DNA of 64,000 nucleotides from Eledone cirrhosa (taxonomy: Eukaryota). How positions within the stretch are numbered: position 1 is the first letter of the stretch; each line of letters begins with the position of its first letter. The translations under genes were made by a program, and so were the position numbers. Of this stretch, positions 1 through 12,157 are shown one piece after another. A model generated the notes under the pieces. It was given only the letters and a program-made list of their open reading frames with translations. It had not been told where the DNA came from and did no database searches. The stretch spans positions 25,048,001 through 25,112,000 of the forward strand of contig OZ024750.1 in assembly GCA_964016885.1 (NCBI GenBank). The letters run 5' to 3'.

Positions 1-1104
1 TTTCTAAAGAATGGATTAAACACAAAAACCCTGTATTACGTCACGTCTGTGTGGCAGAGACATTTGAGACAGTAACAGAGACTTTCTGGTGTCATTACCA
101 TTCTATACAAACATTACCAAAACCTTTACCCACTTATAATCCTCGATAACCTATGCCATATATATTGTAAACTCGTGCATTTCTTTCTTTTTTTTTCGGG
201 GTCTTCGTTTTACAATTAATTGCTTCTGGTTGCGTGTGACTTCTTCACTTTTTGAATTCCTCACAGTAAAACTTACCGCGGGTACATACATATATAAAAA
301 AACACACACACCATATATATATATATATAATATATATAATATATATATAATATATATATATATATGTAGGTACCACCACCAGTACTTCACTAAATCACAT
401 ACATACGTATGGATATCTAAAATAGTGTTAAAATCCTGCCACTATACGTCAAAGTTTAACTGTTGTTAGACATAGCTTATCAGTTTTCCACCACACACAT
501 ATATAATGTATGTAAATTTAATGAGATAGTAAAGCTATATTCTCACACAGTTTTCACCGTCTCTGACGTAAATTGTGATTTGAAGCTTGTTGTTTATTAT
601 CTGTTCTTTAAGCTATGGAATCGCCAGTATTGTTATGTAAAGACGACCTCTGCTATTGTCGAGCAGCACACTTGTCCAATATTACAGGTGATCTCTACCA
701 ACTACAACAACATCAATACGGACACCAGCTTCAGGTTATAATGCCTCTCATACATAATAATAATAATAGTAATATTATTACTACTGCTACTAAAAATAAT
801 AATATTAATTCTTGTAACATGCTGTGATTTCGCTGCTCGTCATTTCTCTCTTCAGTTTTACCAATATAGTTGTCTTTCTCCGCCAGAACAGACATACTAT
901 ATATATATATATATTATATATATAATATATATATATAATATATATATATAATCGTCACTAAAACGTATTGCTATCCCTTATAAACACAGATACACCCTCC
1001 CCCTTTTTATATATATACACATATCTTTCTTTATATTACACACACACATAAACAACTATACTACACGTCACACCGTCACACAGTAAGAACCTGTGACACC
1101 CTAA

Positions 1105-1308
<204 letters not shown>

Positions 1309-1319
1309 TAGGTGATAGT

Positions 1320-1790
1320 TCGTTTGATATTTTATTTTATATTACATATTGATGTTCGATACCCAGATGAGGATCATCTCTACCTTGGTATGCGTCTAAT
1401 TGCCTAATGACCATATTTAAGATATATAATTAAGATATATATTGAATGGATATTTTATTTATTACATATTGATCTGGTATTATTTTATTTATCACGTATT
1501 GATTGGCTATGTTATTACATATTGATCTATGTTAATAGTGAGTGTTTTACTATATATTTCTGGCAATATTATAACATGACCCTCCCCAAATATAACATTA
1601 TTTGGTTCAACACGCGATTTCATATAAAAGACCTGATATTTTATTTATCACATTGGTTTGATATTATATCATATTGATTTGATAATTTATCATATTGGTT
1701 GGATATTTTATCATATTGATTTAATGTTATCATATTGATTTGATATTTTATCACATTGATTTGATATTTTATCACATTGATTTTTAAAAA
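1320..1790. repeat. Degenerate ~20-25 bp tandem repeat (TATTTTATCACATTGATTTGA-like)
   Basis: Recurrent ATATTTTAT(C/T)A(C/T)ATTGAT motifs. Confidence 0.7.
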
Positions 1791-1939
1791 ATTCATTTAT
1801 TTTGGTTATAACGTTTTAAGTTTTATTCAATAGAGACTAAATGATAACTATCTTTTAATATTTTAGATATTATTGGGGGGGGGGGGGGTTTCTCTGCTTT
1901 GGCCCCTCCAATAATGTAGAAAATATCGCCTTTAAATAT

Positions 1940-2895
1940 AGGACTCTCTCCAGAGCCCTGCGATCATTGCCCAAGCCATTTGGGGGTCTTGATTTTCGTA
2001 CCTCTCTCTCCTGCTTCCTTTTCTCCACCCTAGTGATCAATGCCCTCTCCTCTCCAACATGGACTAGTTCCAACAGGGAGTTGGATGAAGCTCTCCAACA
2101 AGGGAGTGAGTTGGGCTTGTCTGTTTCTGAGAAGGTGGAGGACAGTCGATGTCAGAGACCTTGGGACAGCATAAGTTTGAAGGCCACCTTCGACTCCCTC
2201 TTCGTCCAGTCGGATCAGTTTGCAAGGTGTCGCTTACTGTCTGCCAGCGCTAAATATTCAGGTGACTGGGTTGATGCCCTACGCGGGAGTAACGTTGGTG
2301 GCCTACTCAGCTTGGACGAACCATTTTCTTCAGAGTGGGAGCTGACGTTTGTACGGGTTTGAGGTGTCGATGTAGCAAACTCCTCGACTCCACAGGCCTC
2401 CACGGTCTTGCCGCCTGAATGCCGGTTGCTTCGCGCATTACACGAAGTTAAACCTTATTCTCAAGAGAGATTTGGCTCGGGCAAACATCCCCTCAATTTT
2501 GGAATCATCTGGGTTTTCCAGAAGTGATGGGAAAAGATCTGACGGCCTTACCCAGGTCGAGAGGCAGATGCCTTGTCTGGGACGTCACAGTTAGTGACTC
2601 TTGCTTCTTCCCACATCCAGGATGTTGCGGTTAGAACGAGTGTCACAGCTTCCGCAGCCGAACGGAACAAAATCCTAAAATACCGTGATCTGTCGGCCAA
2701 CTACATTTTCCAGCCTATGACGTTCGAGACGTTGGGGGGGGGGGGGGGGGGGGAGTCGGGCTACTGACTGCGAGAATCCTATCTTCACTGGCCTAACAGA
2801 GGTAACTGGTGAAGCTCGCGAGGGCGCTTGGTTGTTCCAGCGCATCACCCGAGGTAACGCTGCGAGCGTGCTGGCTTGCCTCAAAATCATTAGAG
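1940..2895 (+). mobile_element. Decayed CRE-clade non-LTR retrotransposon 3' half (thumb, Zn finger, restriction-like endonuclease)
   Basis: Frameshifted motifs SLPKPFGGLDFR, CRCSKLLDSTGLHGLA, RSDGKRSDGLT, GRCLVWDVT, AAERNKILKY..L...Y.FQPMTFETLG, REGAWLFQRI..RGNAASVL. Confidence 0.8.
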
Positions 2896-3642
2896 ATGCT
2901 TCCCAGTGCTCCTCGCGATACTGTTATCTTTTACTCTGGTAGCGGCTTCGTTGTCCACCTCTTTCGCCTGCCTTTTGTCGTGTGTCGTTCCAGATGTTTT
3001 GTTTTTTTCATTTATCTTTCTTTTCCTTTCTTTTTTTTCTGTTTTCCCTCTCCCTTTCCTTTATATTATATTTGTTTGTGCTTTGTAAGCATTGTATTAT
3101 TATATCTCCAAATAACTGTAGAATATATATAATATACAGACTGGTTTGAACAGAGTACCAGAAAGTTCCCAGTTGTAATAGCAAATTCTGTTCTTATAGT
3201 CTCTTTCTTCGCATATCCCGCCTTTGGAATTCTCTTCAGGCGTTTTGGTTTCCTGCAACAATATAGGAAAATGAAAGATAATCTAAAATAAAACGTTTAT
3301 CAAACCATAAACTGCAATTCTATAATTATGAAACCATCAAATTATTAATTACATGAGAGATGAATTGTTTGTATTTATATTCTATAAAAAAAGGTTAAAT
3401 TGTTATTTCTACACATAAACTAGCAAGAATGTGAATAATAATCGAGAATAGATGGACAGTTCTTGTCGATGCCGGTTTAACACTGTACATCACCAATAAT
3501 AACAAAACATTTATTTTACTATTATACTTTGGGAGGGTCATGCTGCTCATAAAAGCACACGCACCTGTTGGTTTTAACTTCAATTTATTATAAATTTCCG
3601 GTTGGTTGGCCGGCTCGACAACAGGATAGTTGTTTATACATT

Positions 3643-3685
3643 GTCAAAGCTCTTTCGTCACACATTCTGTGACCTCCTCAGTAAC
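3643..3685 (-). ncRNA. Candidate minimal type I hammerhead ribozyme (possibly degenerate), as found in Penelope-like elements/retrozymes
   Basis: Minus strand GUUA-CUGAGGA-G-GUCACA gaaug UGUGAC-GAAA-GAGC-UU-UGAC: both core boxes, 6-bp stem II, quasi-palindromic stem III, 4-bp stem I. Confidence 0.5.
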
Positions 3686-3880
3686 TAGGTTTTTATTTTG
3701 TCTCTCTCCTTTGTTCTGTCCTACACCATCTTGTTTTTGTGTGTTGTGTGCTTAGTATAACAATATCTATTTCAACACACGTTTTCAGATAATAAATCTT
3801 GCAAAACAAATTAAAAAACGAAATTTATTTTACTATTATTTCACATTAAATGGATCGTGTTTTGGTAGATAGATAGATAT

Positions 3881-4491
3881 ATTTCTTTATTAGCCACAGG
3901 GGCACAAAAGAAGGGGACAAATACAAAGGGGGAAGTTTACATACAATAAAAACGTGTAAAATGTTATCACAGATGGAATTTAAAAGTTAGTCGATTTTCC
4001 CCAATAGAGGGAGACAGTTTATATGGGTAACACATACCCCCGAAAAAATGTGCAACCCTCATCTCCAGGAGTACGAAGAGCTTGTACTCCTTTCCTCTCC
4101 TCCTCCTTTTCCTCAATCTACAGGCTGATATAGAGAGAAGGCCCATTCACTCGGGCCATTCTCGCCACTTTCACCCATCTTTCATAAAACTTGCTGGGGT
4201 ACAGCACCTCTCTCTCCATCCTGATTCTTCTTCCAAAGTGGTATTTGAAAAAAAGAATCAGTTGTTGGCCGGAGAGAAAGGTGTCTGACCTCAGCCCTTT
4301 CAACCTTGTCCACCATACAACCTCTTTCGCCATAGCTATCACACAAAGGAAAACCGCCTCTCCTTCGTTTTTGAAGGAGGGTAGCGGTTTGATCATGACA
4401 ATGGACTCGGTGGTCAACTGGATTGGTCCCACCCGCGACAATAGTCGTTCTACATATCCCCACAGGTCAGTGACGCCCGGGCAGTGTATGA
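3881..4491 (-). mobile_element. 5'-truncated Tx1/L1-clade LINE (ORF2 C-terminus plus 3'UTR)
   Basis: [12 protein letters not shown]...[10 protein letters not shown]...[13 protein letters not shown]...FYERW; AATAAA at 3' end; paralogue at 58474-59035. Confidence 0.75.
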
Positions 4492-4572
4492 ATAGATAGA
4501 TAGATAGATAGGTAGACGGATAGTTTGATATGGAGGTAGATAGATATGTATGGATAGGTATAGATAGGTAGG

Positions 4573-4628
<56 letters not shown>

Positions 4629-4689
4629 TAGAGAGAGAGAGAGATATATATATATATAGAGAGAGATATATATATATATATATAGAGAG

Positions 4690-4722
<33 letters not shown>

Positions 4723-4753
4723 TATATATATATAGAGAGATATATATATATAG

Positions 4754-4800
<47 letters not shown>

Positions 4801-4811
4801 TATAGAGAGAG

Positions 4812-4848
<37 letters not shown>

Positions 4849-4851
4849 TAT

Positions 4852-4898
<47 letters not shown>

Positions 4899-4945
4899 TA
4901 GATAGACGAATAGATAGGTAGAGAGAGAGATAGATAAAGAGGTAG
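4492..4945. repeat. Compound (GATA)n/(TA)n/(GA)n microsatellite
   Basis: Directly visible. Confidence 0.95.
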
Positions 4946-5847
4946 ACAGTGTATCTTCGATTCACTTTGGGCAGAGTCGTTCCACCGTCCACCCACACAG
5001 TTAGATAGGTAGCACCTGTTTATAACATTGTTTAAAATACGGGATAATTATTGTTTAATTGCAGCTCAGTCGTCATCTAGAAGACCCTATCATTAAAGTT
5101 GTTTCTATCCCAAACTTTATGTATCTAAGACTACACTAACCAATGTCCTGTCTTTTTTTTTTAACTATTAGAGTGAGGAATAGGGAATATTTAATCGATA
5201 TATTGTTCGGTCATATGTCGTAAGCAGTGACACTACATAATTTTCTCTCTAAGAACTTCTAGAAGTTTATATTTTCCGCTATATAGGTTAGTGTTGTAAA
5301 TCTGCCTACTAGGCGATATATCTGAAAACCCATTGCTATTTTAGTTCTACAAGTTGAAATATATGGCTATGTCACAAGAAACTTTACTGATTAAAAGAAA
5401 AACAATCGAAGTCTTTTAATAAACTTTTAATTATTATTGACATTTGATTTGACTAACTTATTTTACCGCTATCTTGAAATACAGGCGTTTCTAGTTTTGG
5501 TTAGTATTTAACTTAATATCAGTTAATAATATCTTTATAATGTTTAACATGTCTCAGATTCTCGTCTATATAAATATCTACATTTCTTGTTAGTCGTATA
5601 ATTATGTAGAAATTAAACCGGTTATTATTAGGGCCGAATATTTCGTAAACATGGGTCACTGTAGTGAACAAAAAACATTGTCACAAAATGAAGTCTATAT
5701 TTACATCAAGCACCATTTAACATTATTGTCTCAATTAGGAACACAATCATCAGACTTTTAGCAGATTTAATTATTGCTAAGTTATTAATACTAGAGCTTC
5801 CCATCTGAACAATATGTGTGTACACACACACACACACACACACACAC

Positions 5848-6133
5848 GAGTAGTTAGAGAATTAGATTCGCAAACGTGAGGTTGATTTCGCAGACCGAGC
5901 GATGAGTTATGTCCTTGAGCAAGGCACTTTATTTCACATTGCTCCTTCTGCCTGGATTTGTGACTGACAGATAGTATTAGCAGGTGGAAAAACCAATGGA
6001 AACATTGTTTCCTCGGTCCGATTTGACGAGCCCCACCTCACTCTTTAAGCGAATGAGGTCGGGGATTTTGTCGATTGCCCGGCCTGGGAATCGAAATCAC
6101 AACCTCACGATTGCGAATCCAATTCTCTAACTA

Positions 6134-6136
<3 letters not shown>
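5848..6136. mobile_element. tRNA-derived SINE followed by an inverted copy of its own head (foldback)
   Basis: 5848-5884 and 6100-6136 are near-perfect reverse complements; body matches the SINE at 35201-35420. Confidence 0.8.
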
Positions 6137-6186
<50 letters not shown>

Positions 6187-6290
6187 TAACAAGCACAGAA
6201 AGAACACTTGCAGTTTGTTTTTTTATTTTTTGAAGAATTCGTACAAGTGGGTGGTACACGTGTATTGTATTGTGTGTGTGTATATATATG

Positions 6291-6339
<49 letters not shown>

Positions 6340-6500
6340 ATATGTGTGTGTATATATATATGTGTGTGTGTGTGTATATATATATGTGTGTGTTTGTATA
6401 TATATATATATGTGTGTGTGTATATATATATGCGTGTGTGTGTATATATGTGCGTATGTATATGTGGATGTGTGTTTGTTGACACGTATATATGTATATG
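6137..6500. repeat. (TA)n/(TG)n compound microsatellites
   Basis: Directly visible. Confidence 0.9.
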
Positions 6501-7174
6501 TAGATCAAGCTGTCAGCTTATTAAACATTCTTTCATATATTAATTAGTGCCCGTGTACACACTTAACTTTAATATACACGTACGTGTGTACACATACATC
6601 AAACTGGCTGATTTTATTTTACATAATGTGGTTTCGAGATAGTATTTTAACGACATTAGCTTCACTTACGAACTATCCCGTGATATTTTTTGAATAAATG
6701 AAATAAAATATATGTAATATATTAACATATTCTATATTCTAACATTTTGGAACCAGTCAGCTGATTGTGTTTCTAGTTTTCCTCCATTGCGTTCGTTTAT
6801 AATTTCATCGCTTCAGTTCAGCTTTAATCAATATTTTTAATTGAAGAGAATTTATATATCATACAAGAATTTACTCTGAATGAGATGGAAAAATAAATTT
6901 TAAAAAAAATGATTTCCGATTTGTCCCTTAAAAATCATCTCGACTCTAATCTATAAAGTAGATGTATGAAAGCGATTTGAATGGAATATTGATAGTTAAA
7001 TAAATTAGTAGTGTGTTGTGTGGTGAGAATAACTGTAAGCACTGCAACCTTTTGACTCCAGTATTGTGGGGCGGAGAATGGAATTATCTACTATAGGAAT
7101 GTTACAGATTATCCAACTTGTTGATAGTTGAACGATAAGAAACGTATATCAACTTATAACGAGGACACCATTTT

Positions 7175-7404
7175 ATAAGGGTTTCTGATTTACGCACAAG
7201 GCCAGCAATTTTGAGGAGGAAGGGAGGGGGGTAACGTCGATTAAATCGACCCCAGTGCATTACTGGTGCTTTATTTATCGACCGCGTAAGGATGGAAGGC
7301 AAAGCTAACCTCGGCAAGATTTGAACTCAGAACGCAAAGGGCCATAACTCTATGCTGCAAAGCATGTTAGCCGACGCTTTACCGATTCTGCTAAACCACC
7401 GCCC
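7175..7404 (-). mobile_element. tRNA-derived SINE, family A (GGGCGG head, ...GGCCTTGTG tail)
   Basis: Reverse complement of copies at 32404 and 38850; B-box-like GAGTTCAAATC. Confidence 0.8.
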
Positions 7405-7571
7405 ATTTAATAATGTCTTGTTAGCTTCTTAGTGCTTTGCGAATATAAAAGCTTTTACTCAGGGTTATACAATGAAGCACTTTATAGTGTTTGGATGACT
7501 AAAACATTTGAGAACCCAACAGCCTTAGCTCTGACTATATAGCAAAGGTGTTTTAAAGAAATAAACTTGAC

Positions 7572-7925
<354 letters not shown>

Positions 7926-8369
7926 TGACCTAAAACATTTGAGAACTTAACAGACTTAACCCAGAGTATACAGTAAAGGTGTTTTAAAGAAATAAACTTG
8001 ACCTCCCTCTCGCTTTCAAACACACTCCTGTATGGAGGTGACGGAAATGTCAGTAATTAGAGTGCAGGACAAAATGTTTTGGCTCCTTGTCTACACTTTG
8101 TGTCAATTTTTGCCTTTCATTGTTTTCAGAATTGATAAAATAAAAGTCCAGTCTATATTAGTGAATTAATGGACTTGTTAGAGCAGTATTTGTTCTGACT
8201 CTTTATGTTCTGAGTACGAATCCTAGTGTGGTCTACTTGGCTGGTAGATTGAATCCATTTAACATGATCAAATTCCTCTCCAACCAGCCTCTGAGGTCCT
8301 GAAAAGGTTTGTGGGCTCTGTCCCTTCCATTTAGTTAAAAGATATTTCATCTTGTTCCAGTGTATTTAT

Positions 8370-8592
8370 TTAACCCTTTAGCATTTACATTATCTCTCTC
8401 TCTCTACTATTATATTTTCACAGTAAAGGCTTTACCTTACATAATTATCTTACATAATAGTGAATCTGAGATTTTGATATTATGAGAAAAATACCTTAAC
8501 ATCAGTATGAGTGGCCAGTTAGAGCCGGCTTGAACAGAAAGAAGTGAGAGAATTTTGGCTGGATATGGCAGGTTTAAATGCTAATGGGTTAA
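8370..8592 (-). mobile_element. piggyBac-like MITE family 1
   Basis: TTAA-CCCTTTAGCATTTA...TAAATGCTAATGGG-TTAA: terminal inverted repeats with TTAA target duplication. Confidence 0.85.
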
Positions 8593-8789
8593 TGCAGGAT
8601 AAAACATGGATAGTAGCTAGTTGAATTTATAATTGATCTAGTATGAATCTACCGTATCTATGGTGATTTACAGTAAGTCTGTAAGTATATGTACAACAAA
8701 TTTACTGTTTTTCCTTTCTTTTGTGTCTCATTACTTTCATCAATCTTGTCATTTTTTATTTATTAAAGAAAATGAAGGCCTAATATTAG

Positions 8790-8980
8790 TTTCTGATTTA
8801 GGCACAAGGCCAACAATTTTGGGAGAGAAGGAAGTCAATTAAATTGGCTCAAGTGCATAACTAGTACTTTATTGTATCAACTCCATAAGGATGAAAGGCA
8901 AAGCTAACCTCGGCAGGATTTGAACTCAGATCATAAAACATGTTGTCCAACACTCTACCGATACTGCCAAACCACCATCC
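8790..8980 (-). mobile_element. SINE family A
   Basis: Similar to 7175-7404. Confidence 0.75.
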
Positions 8981-9059
8981 TATGTGGCGTAATATTGTGG
9001 TCGGAATTCTTGTAGTAGAATATATTTTGTTAAAAGTACCCAAGGGCTGACATATTCTG

Positions 9060-9740
9060 CTGCAAGAATGTTGTCTTTTCAAGGACACCTGCACAGTGCA
9101 CTCTACATGTGGAGTTCCACTGAAGCAGGTAGAGAAGTTTAAGTATCTTGGGCCTGTGTTCATTAATGATGGAAGGCAGGTGGCTGGATTAAGTGCAAGA
9201 ATTGCAGAAGCTGGTGCAGTAATGCACCAGCTTCAGCATTCAGTAATCAGAAGAAAGGAGGTAGGTGTAAAAGTCAAACTCACTATCTTCAATTCAGTAT
9301 TTGTGCCAACTCTTACCTATGGTCATGAATCTTGGGTAATGATTGAAAGAATACAATGGGGTTCCCCTGAAGGGTCTTTGGTGTAACGTTTCTACGTAGA
9401 GTGCGTAGCTCGGCGATCAGAGAGTCACTCTAGGTAGAGTCGCTACTTCTCTGAATTGATAGATCACAGCTCTGATACTATGGGCATGTGGTTAAAATGT
9501 CTCAGGAATGAATCCCTGGATAGATTTTACAGGCAAAACCAACTGGCAGGACATACAGGAGTAGACCCCCAAGCAAGATGGTTGGATAACATCCATGAGC
9601 TTGGCTGGTCTAGCTTGGGGATCCAACTGGATCAATTGGAGATAGTTGCTTCTGACATGTTCTGCTGGAAGGAGTGTTTGAGGACTCTGCCCCCACAACA
9701 TTCTCAGGAATAAGTGGGCAAAGAAGAAGAAAAAGAAGAA
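9060..9740 (+). mobile_element. RTE-clade LINE 3' fragment (Rex3/Expander-like) with (GAA)n tail
   Basis: LKQVEKFKYLG, FVPTLTYGHESWVM, ARWLDNIHELGWSSLGI, with frameshifts and stops. Confidence 0.85.
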
Positions 9741-10046
9741 AGTACTGAAGGGCTGACATGAATGATATGTTAAAGTTGAGTCATTATATCATAATCTTCT
9801 TTGAGTGAAAATATTTCATAATTCTTCTTCTTGGGTTGTTAAGATATTAGCAACATTTTTGTTACTATTGAGTCAACATCAACTTAACTGAATTCTTTCT
9901 CGTCAAGCTTTTGACTATATTTAGTCACAAAGTATGAAGACTAAGTGAAGTGTTATAGTTTGACTAATAATTGAAACTACATTGTACAAGTATCAACTGA
10001 TCATGAGTTTACCACCACTGCAATGCTCACATTGATCTTGTCTGCA

Positions 10047-10291
10047 TTAACCCTTTAGCATTTAAACCAGCTGTATCCGGCCGGAATTCTCTCGTCTCTT
10101 TCTGTTTGAACAGAAAGAGACGAGAGAATTCCGGCCATAACTGGCCGTTCATACTAATGTTAAGGTATTGTTTTCAAAATAAATATCAAAATCTCGTAGA
10201 TTCAATATTAGTGAGATAATTATGTGAGGTAAAGGCTTTACCACGAAAATACAATAGTAAATATAGAGTAATGTAAATGTTAAAGGATTAT
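10047..10291 (+). mobile_element. piggyBac-like MITE family 1 with internal inverted duplication
   Basis: TTAACCCTTTAGCATTTAAACC start; degenerate right TIR. Confidence 0.8.
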
Positions 10292-10654
10292 GGGAAAAGC
10301 CTCACTTAAGATTTGGGCCTTGAAAAGAAATATTTCCTCTTCTCTACAGACTTATTGGGGGCTTGATATATTTGTTAGTATTAATGATCTAGTTAAACCA
10401 TCTTTGTCAATTGTAAGGATCCTTAAACTGGTATTTGACTCTTCTTTTCATTAGATAGATCAGTCGTTACAGGTAACTTTCTTTGGAAGGTATGATAGGT
10501 AATCCCTAATGTAGATTTTACTGTTTTCCTGAAGTAATATAGAGTTAACTGTTCTACTGGAAGATGGTGTGATATTTGTGTGGTAGATATGAATTCTTGA
10601 GATGGAACTTTGATACCTTGATTGATTTATCTTAATCATTCTACCTATGTACAT

Positions 10655-10870
10655 ATAGCATGCTCTCAGGTGAGATTGTAGTATGTTACACATAGCATGC
10701 CTCAGGTGAGATTGTAGTATGTTACACATAGCATGCCTCAGGTGAGATTGTAGTATGTTACACATAGCATGCCTCAGGTGAGATTGTAGTACATTACATA
10801 TAGCATGCCTCAGGTGAGATTGTAATATGTTACACATAGCATGCCTCAGGTGAGATTGTAGTACATTACA
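10655..10870. repeat. 36-bp minisatellite x6
   Basis: ATAGCATGCCTCAGGTGAGATTGTAGTATGTTACAC. Confidence 0.95.
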
Positions 10871-10946
10871 AGTTAAAATCCAGCTTTTATCTTCATGTCT
10901 CTGTATTTTTATAATGCTATATCTATATCTATCTATTTTGTTAATG

Positions 10947-10989
<43 letters not shown>

Positions 10990-11426
10990 TATATATATAT
11001 TATATATATTATATATATTATATATATATATGGTATCAGTTTCTATGGATTAACATTCATATTGCGTGCTGTAAAGAAGATGAATGTAATGTTGGTTGAG
11101 AAAGATAAAAGATGAAGGAAGCAGTGAGTGTTCAACTTCAAGTCAGGAAACTACTTCTTTTAAAGTACTTTTAAGTGGTTCAAACATTGTATGGTACTGT
11201 TATTGCCATTAATAAAATCTTTCTAACAATTATATAAAAAGGGAAATGTAAACAAACAAAATAAGAAAGGAACTAACCGAAATGATAACATTCTTTACAA
11301 ATCTCTAGTTATTTATTTTAGGATCTCTGTTGGGATTTACTTATTCTTCATTCTATCACTTTACACTGTTGTGTGTGTGTGTATATATATATGTATATAT
11401 ATGTATATATATGTATATATATATAT

Positions 11427-11696
11427 ATTCTCAGACCGGGTGATGTGTTGTTTCCTTGAGCAAGACACTTTATTTCACATTGCTCCAGTTTATTCAGCTG
11501 TAGAAATGAGATGGTAGGGACTGGCGTCTATATCATTCCACTGCAAAGTGGTCGTGAAGGTGCCACGGCAAAAAAGCACCCAGCAGTCACTGTAATTGAG
11601 GTTGGTGTTAGGAAGGGCATCCAGCTGTAGAAATCAAGCCAGAATCAGTTCCGGTCCCACCCTTGCAAGCAGGGAAAAGTGGACGTAAAATGGTGA
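11427..11696 (+). mobile_element. 5'-truncated SINE family B (RTE-type tail)
   Basis: Nearly identical to 34574-34900. Confidence 0.8.
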
Positions 11697-11702
11697 AAAA
11701 AT

Positions 11703-11924
11703 ATATTAATTCAAAATATTAACAAAATAGATATTTTTGTGATCAAGTATATTTTATTATACATATTTCAGAGGTACTGAGTTAACTTCAACAGTACGTC
11801 CTCATCAGATAAAATAAGATGATGAGGACGTACTGTTGAAGTTAACTCAGTATCTCTGAAATATGTATAATAAAATATACTTGGTCACAAGGATATCTAT
11901 TTTGTTAATATTTTGAATTAATAT
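11703..11924. repeat. 105-bp inverted repeat with 12-nt loop
   Basis: Arms 11703-11807 and 11820-11924 with 4 mismatches. Confidence 0.95.
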
Positions 11925-12014
11925 TAATAACTCCAGAAAACCATTTTTGTTGAGTGCTTCCAATCTATTGTAAAACTCATTCTTTGATTTATTCATTGAA
12001 CCTTGTTTAATCTT

Positions 12015-12061
<47 letters not shown>

Positions 12062-12157
12062 TATATTTAGTTATAAACTCAAACAGTCTTTTACAATTAA
12101 TTAGCTCAAAGAATATATATATATATCTTTCCTTCTCAACACTCTCTCTCTCTCTCT

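Noticed and set aside
3200-3245. Second CUGAAGA...GAA motif on the minus strand near the hammerhead candidate
   Set aside because: Stem II is poor and there is no correct GAAA/UH arrangement; at best a decayed relic
10440-10478. Possible 18-nt microexon (TTTTCATTAG|...ACAG|GTAACT)
   Set aside because: Would introduce an in-frame TAG after the phase-2 exon 1; no other support
11770-11815. Hammerhead-like CUGAUGAG...GAAGUUAACUC on the minus strand within the long hairpin
   Set aside because: GAAA box incomplete, stem II weak and stem I does not pair
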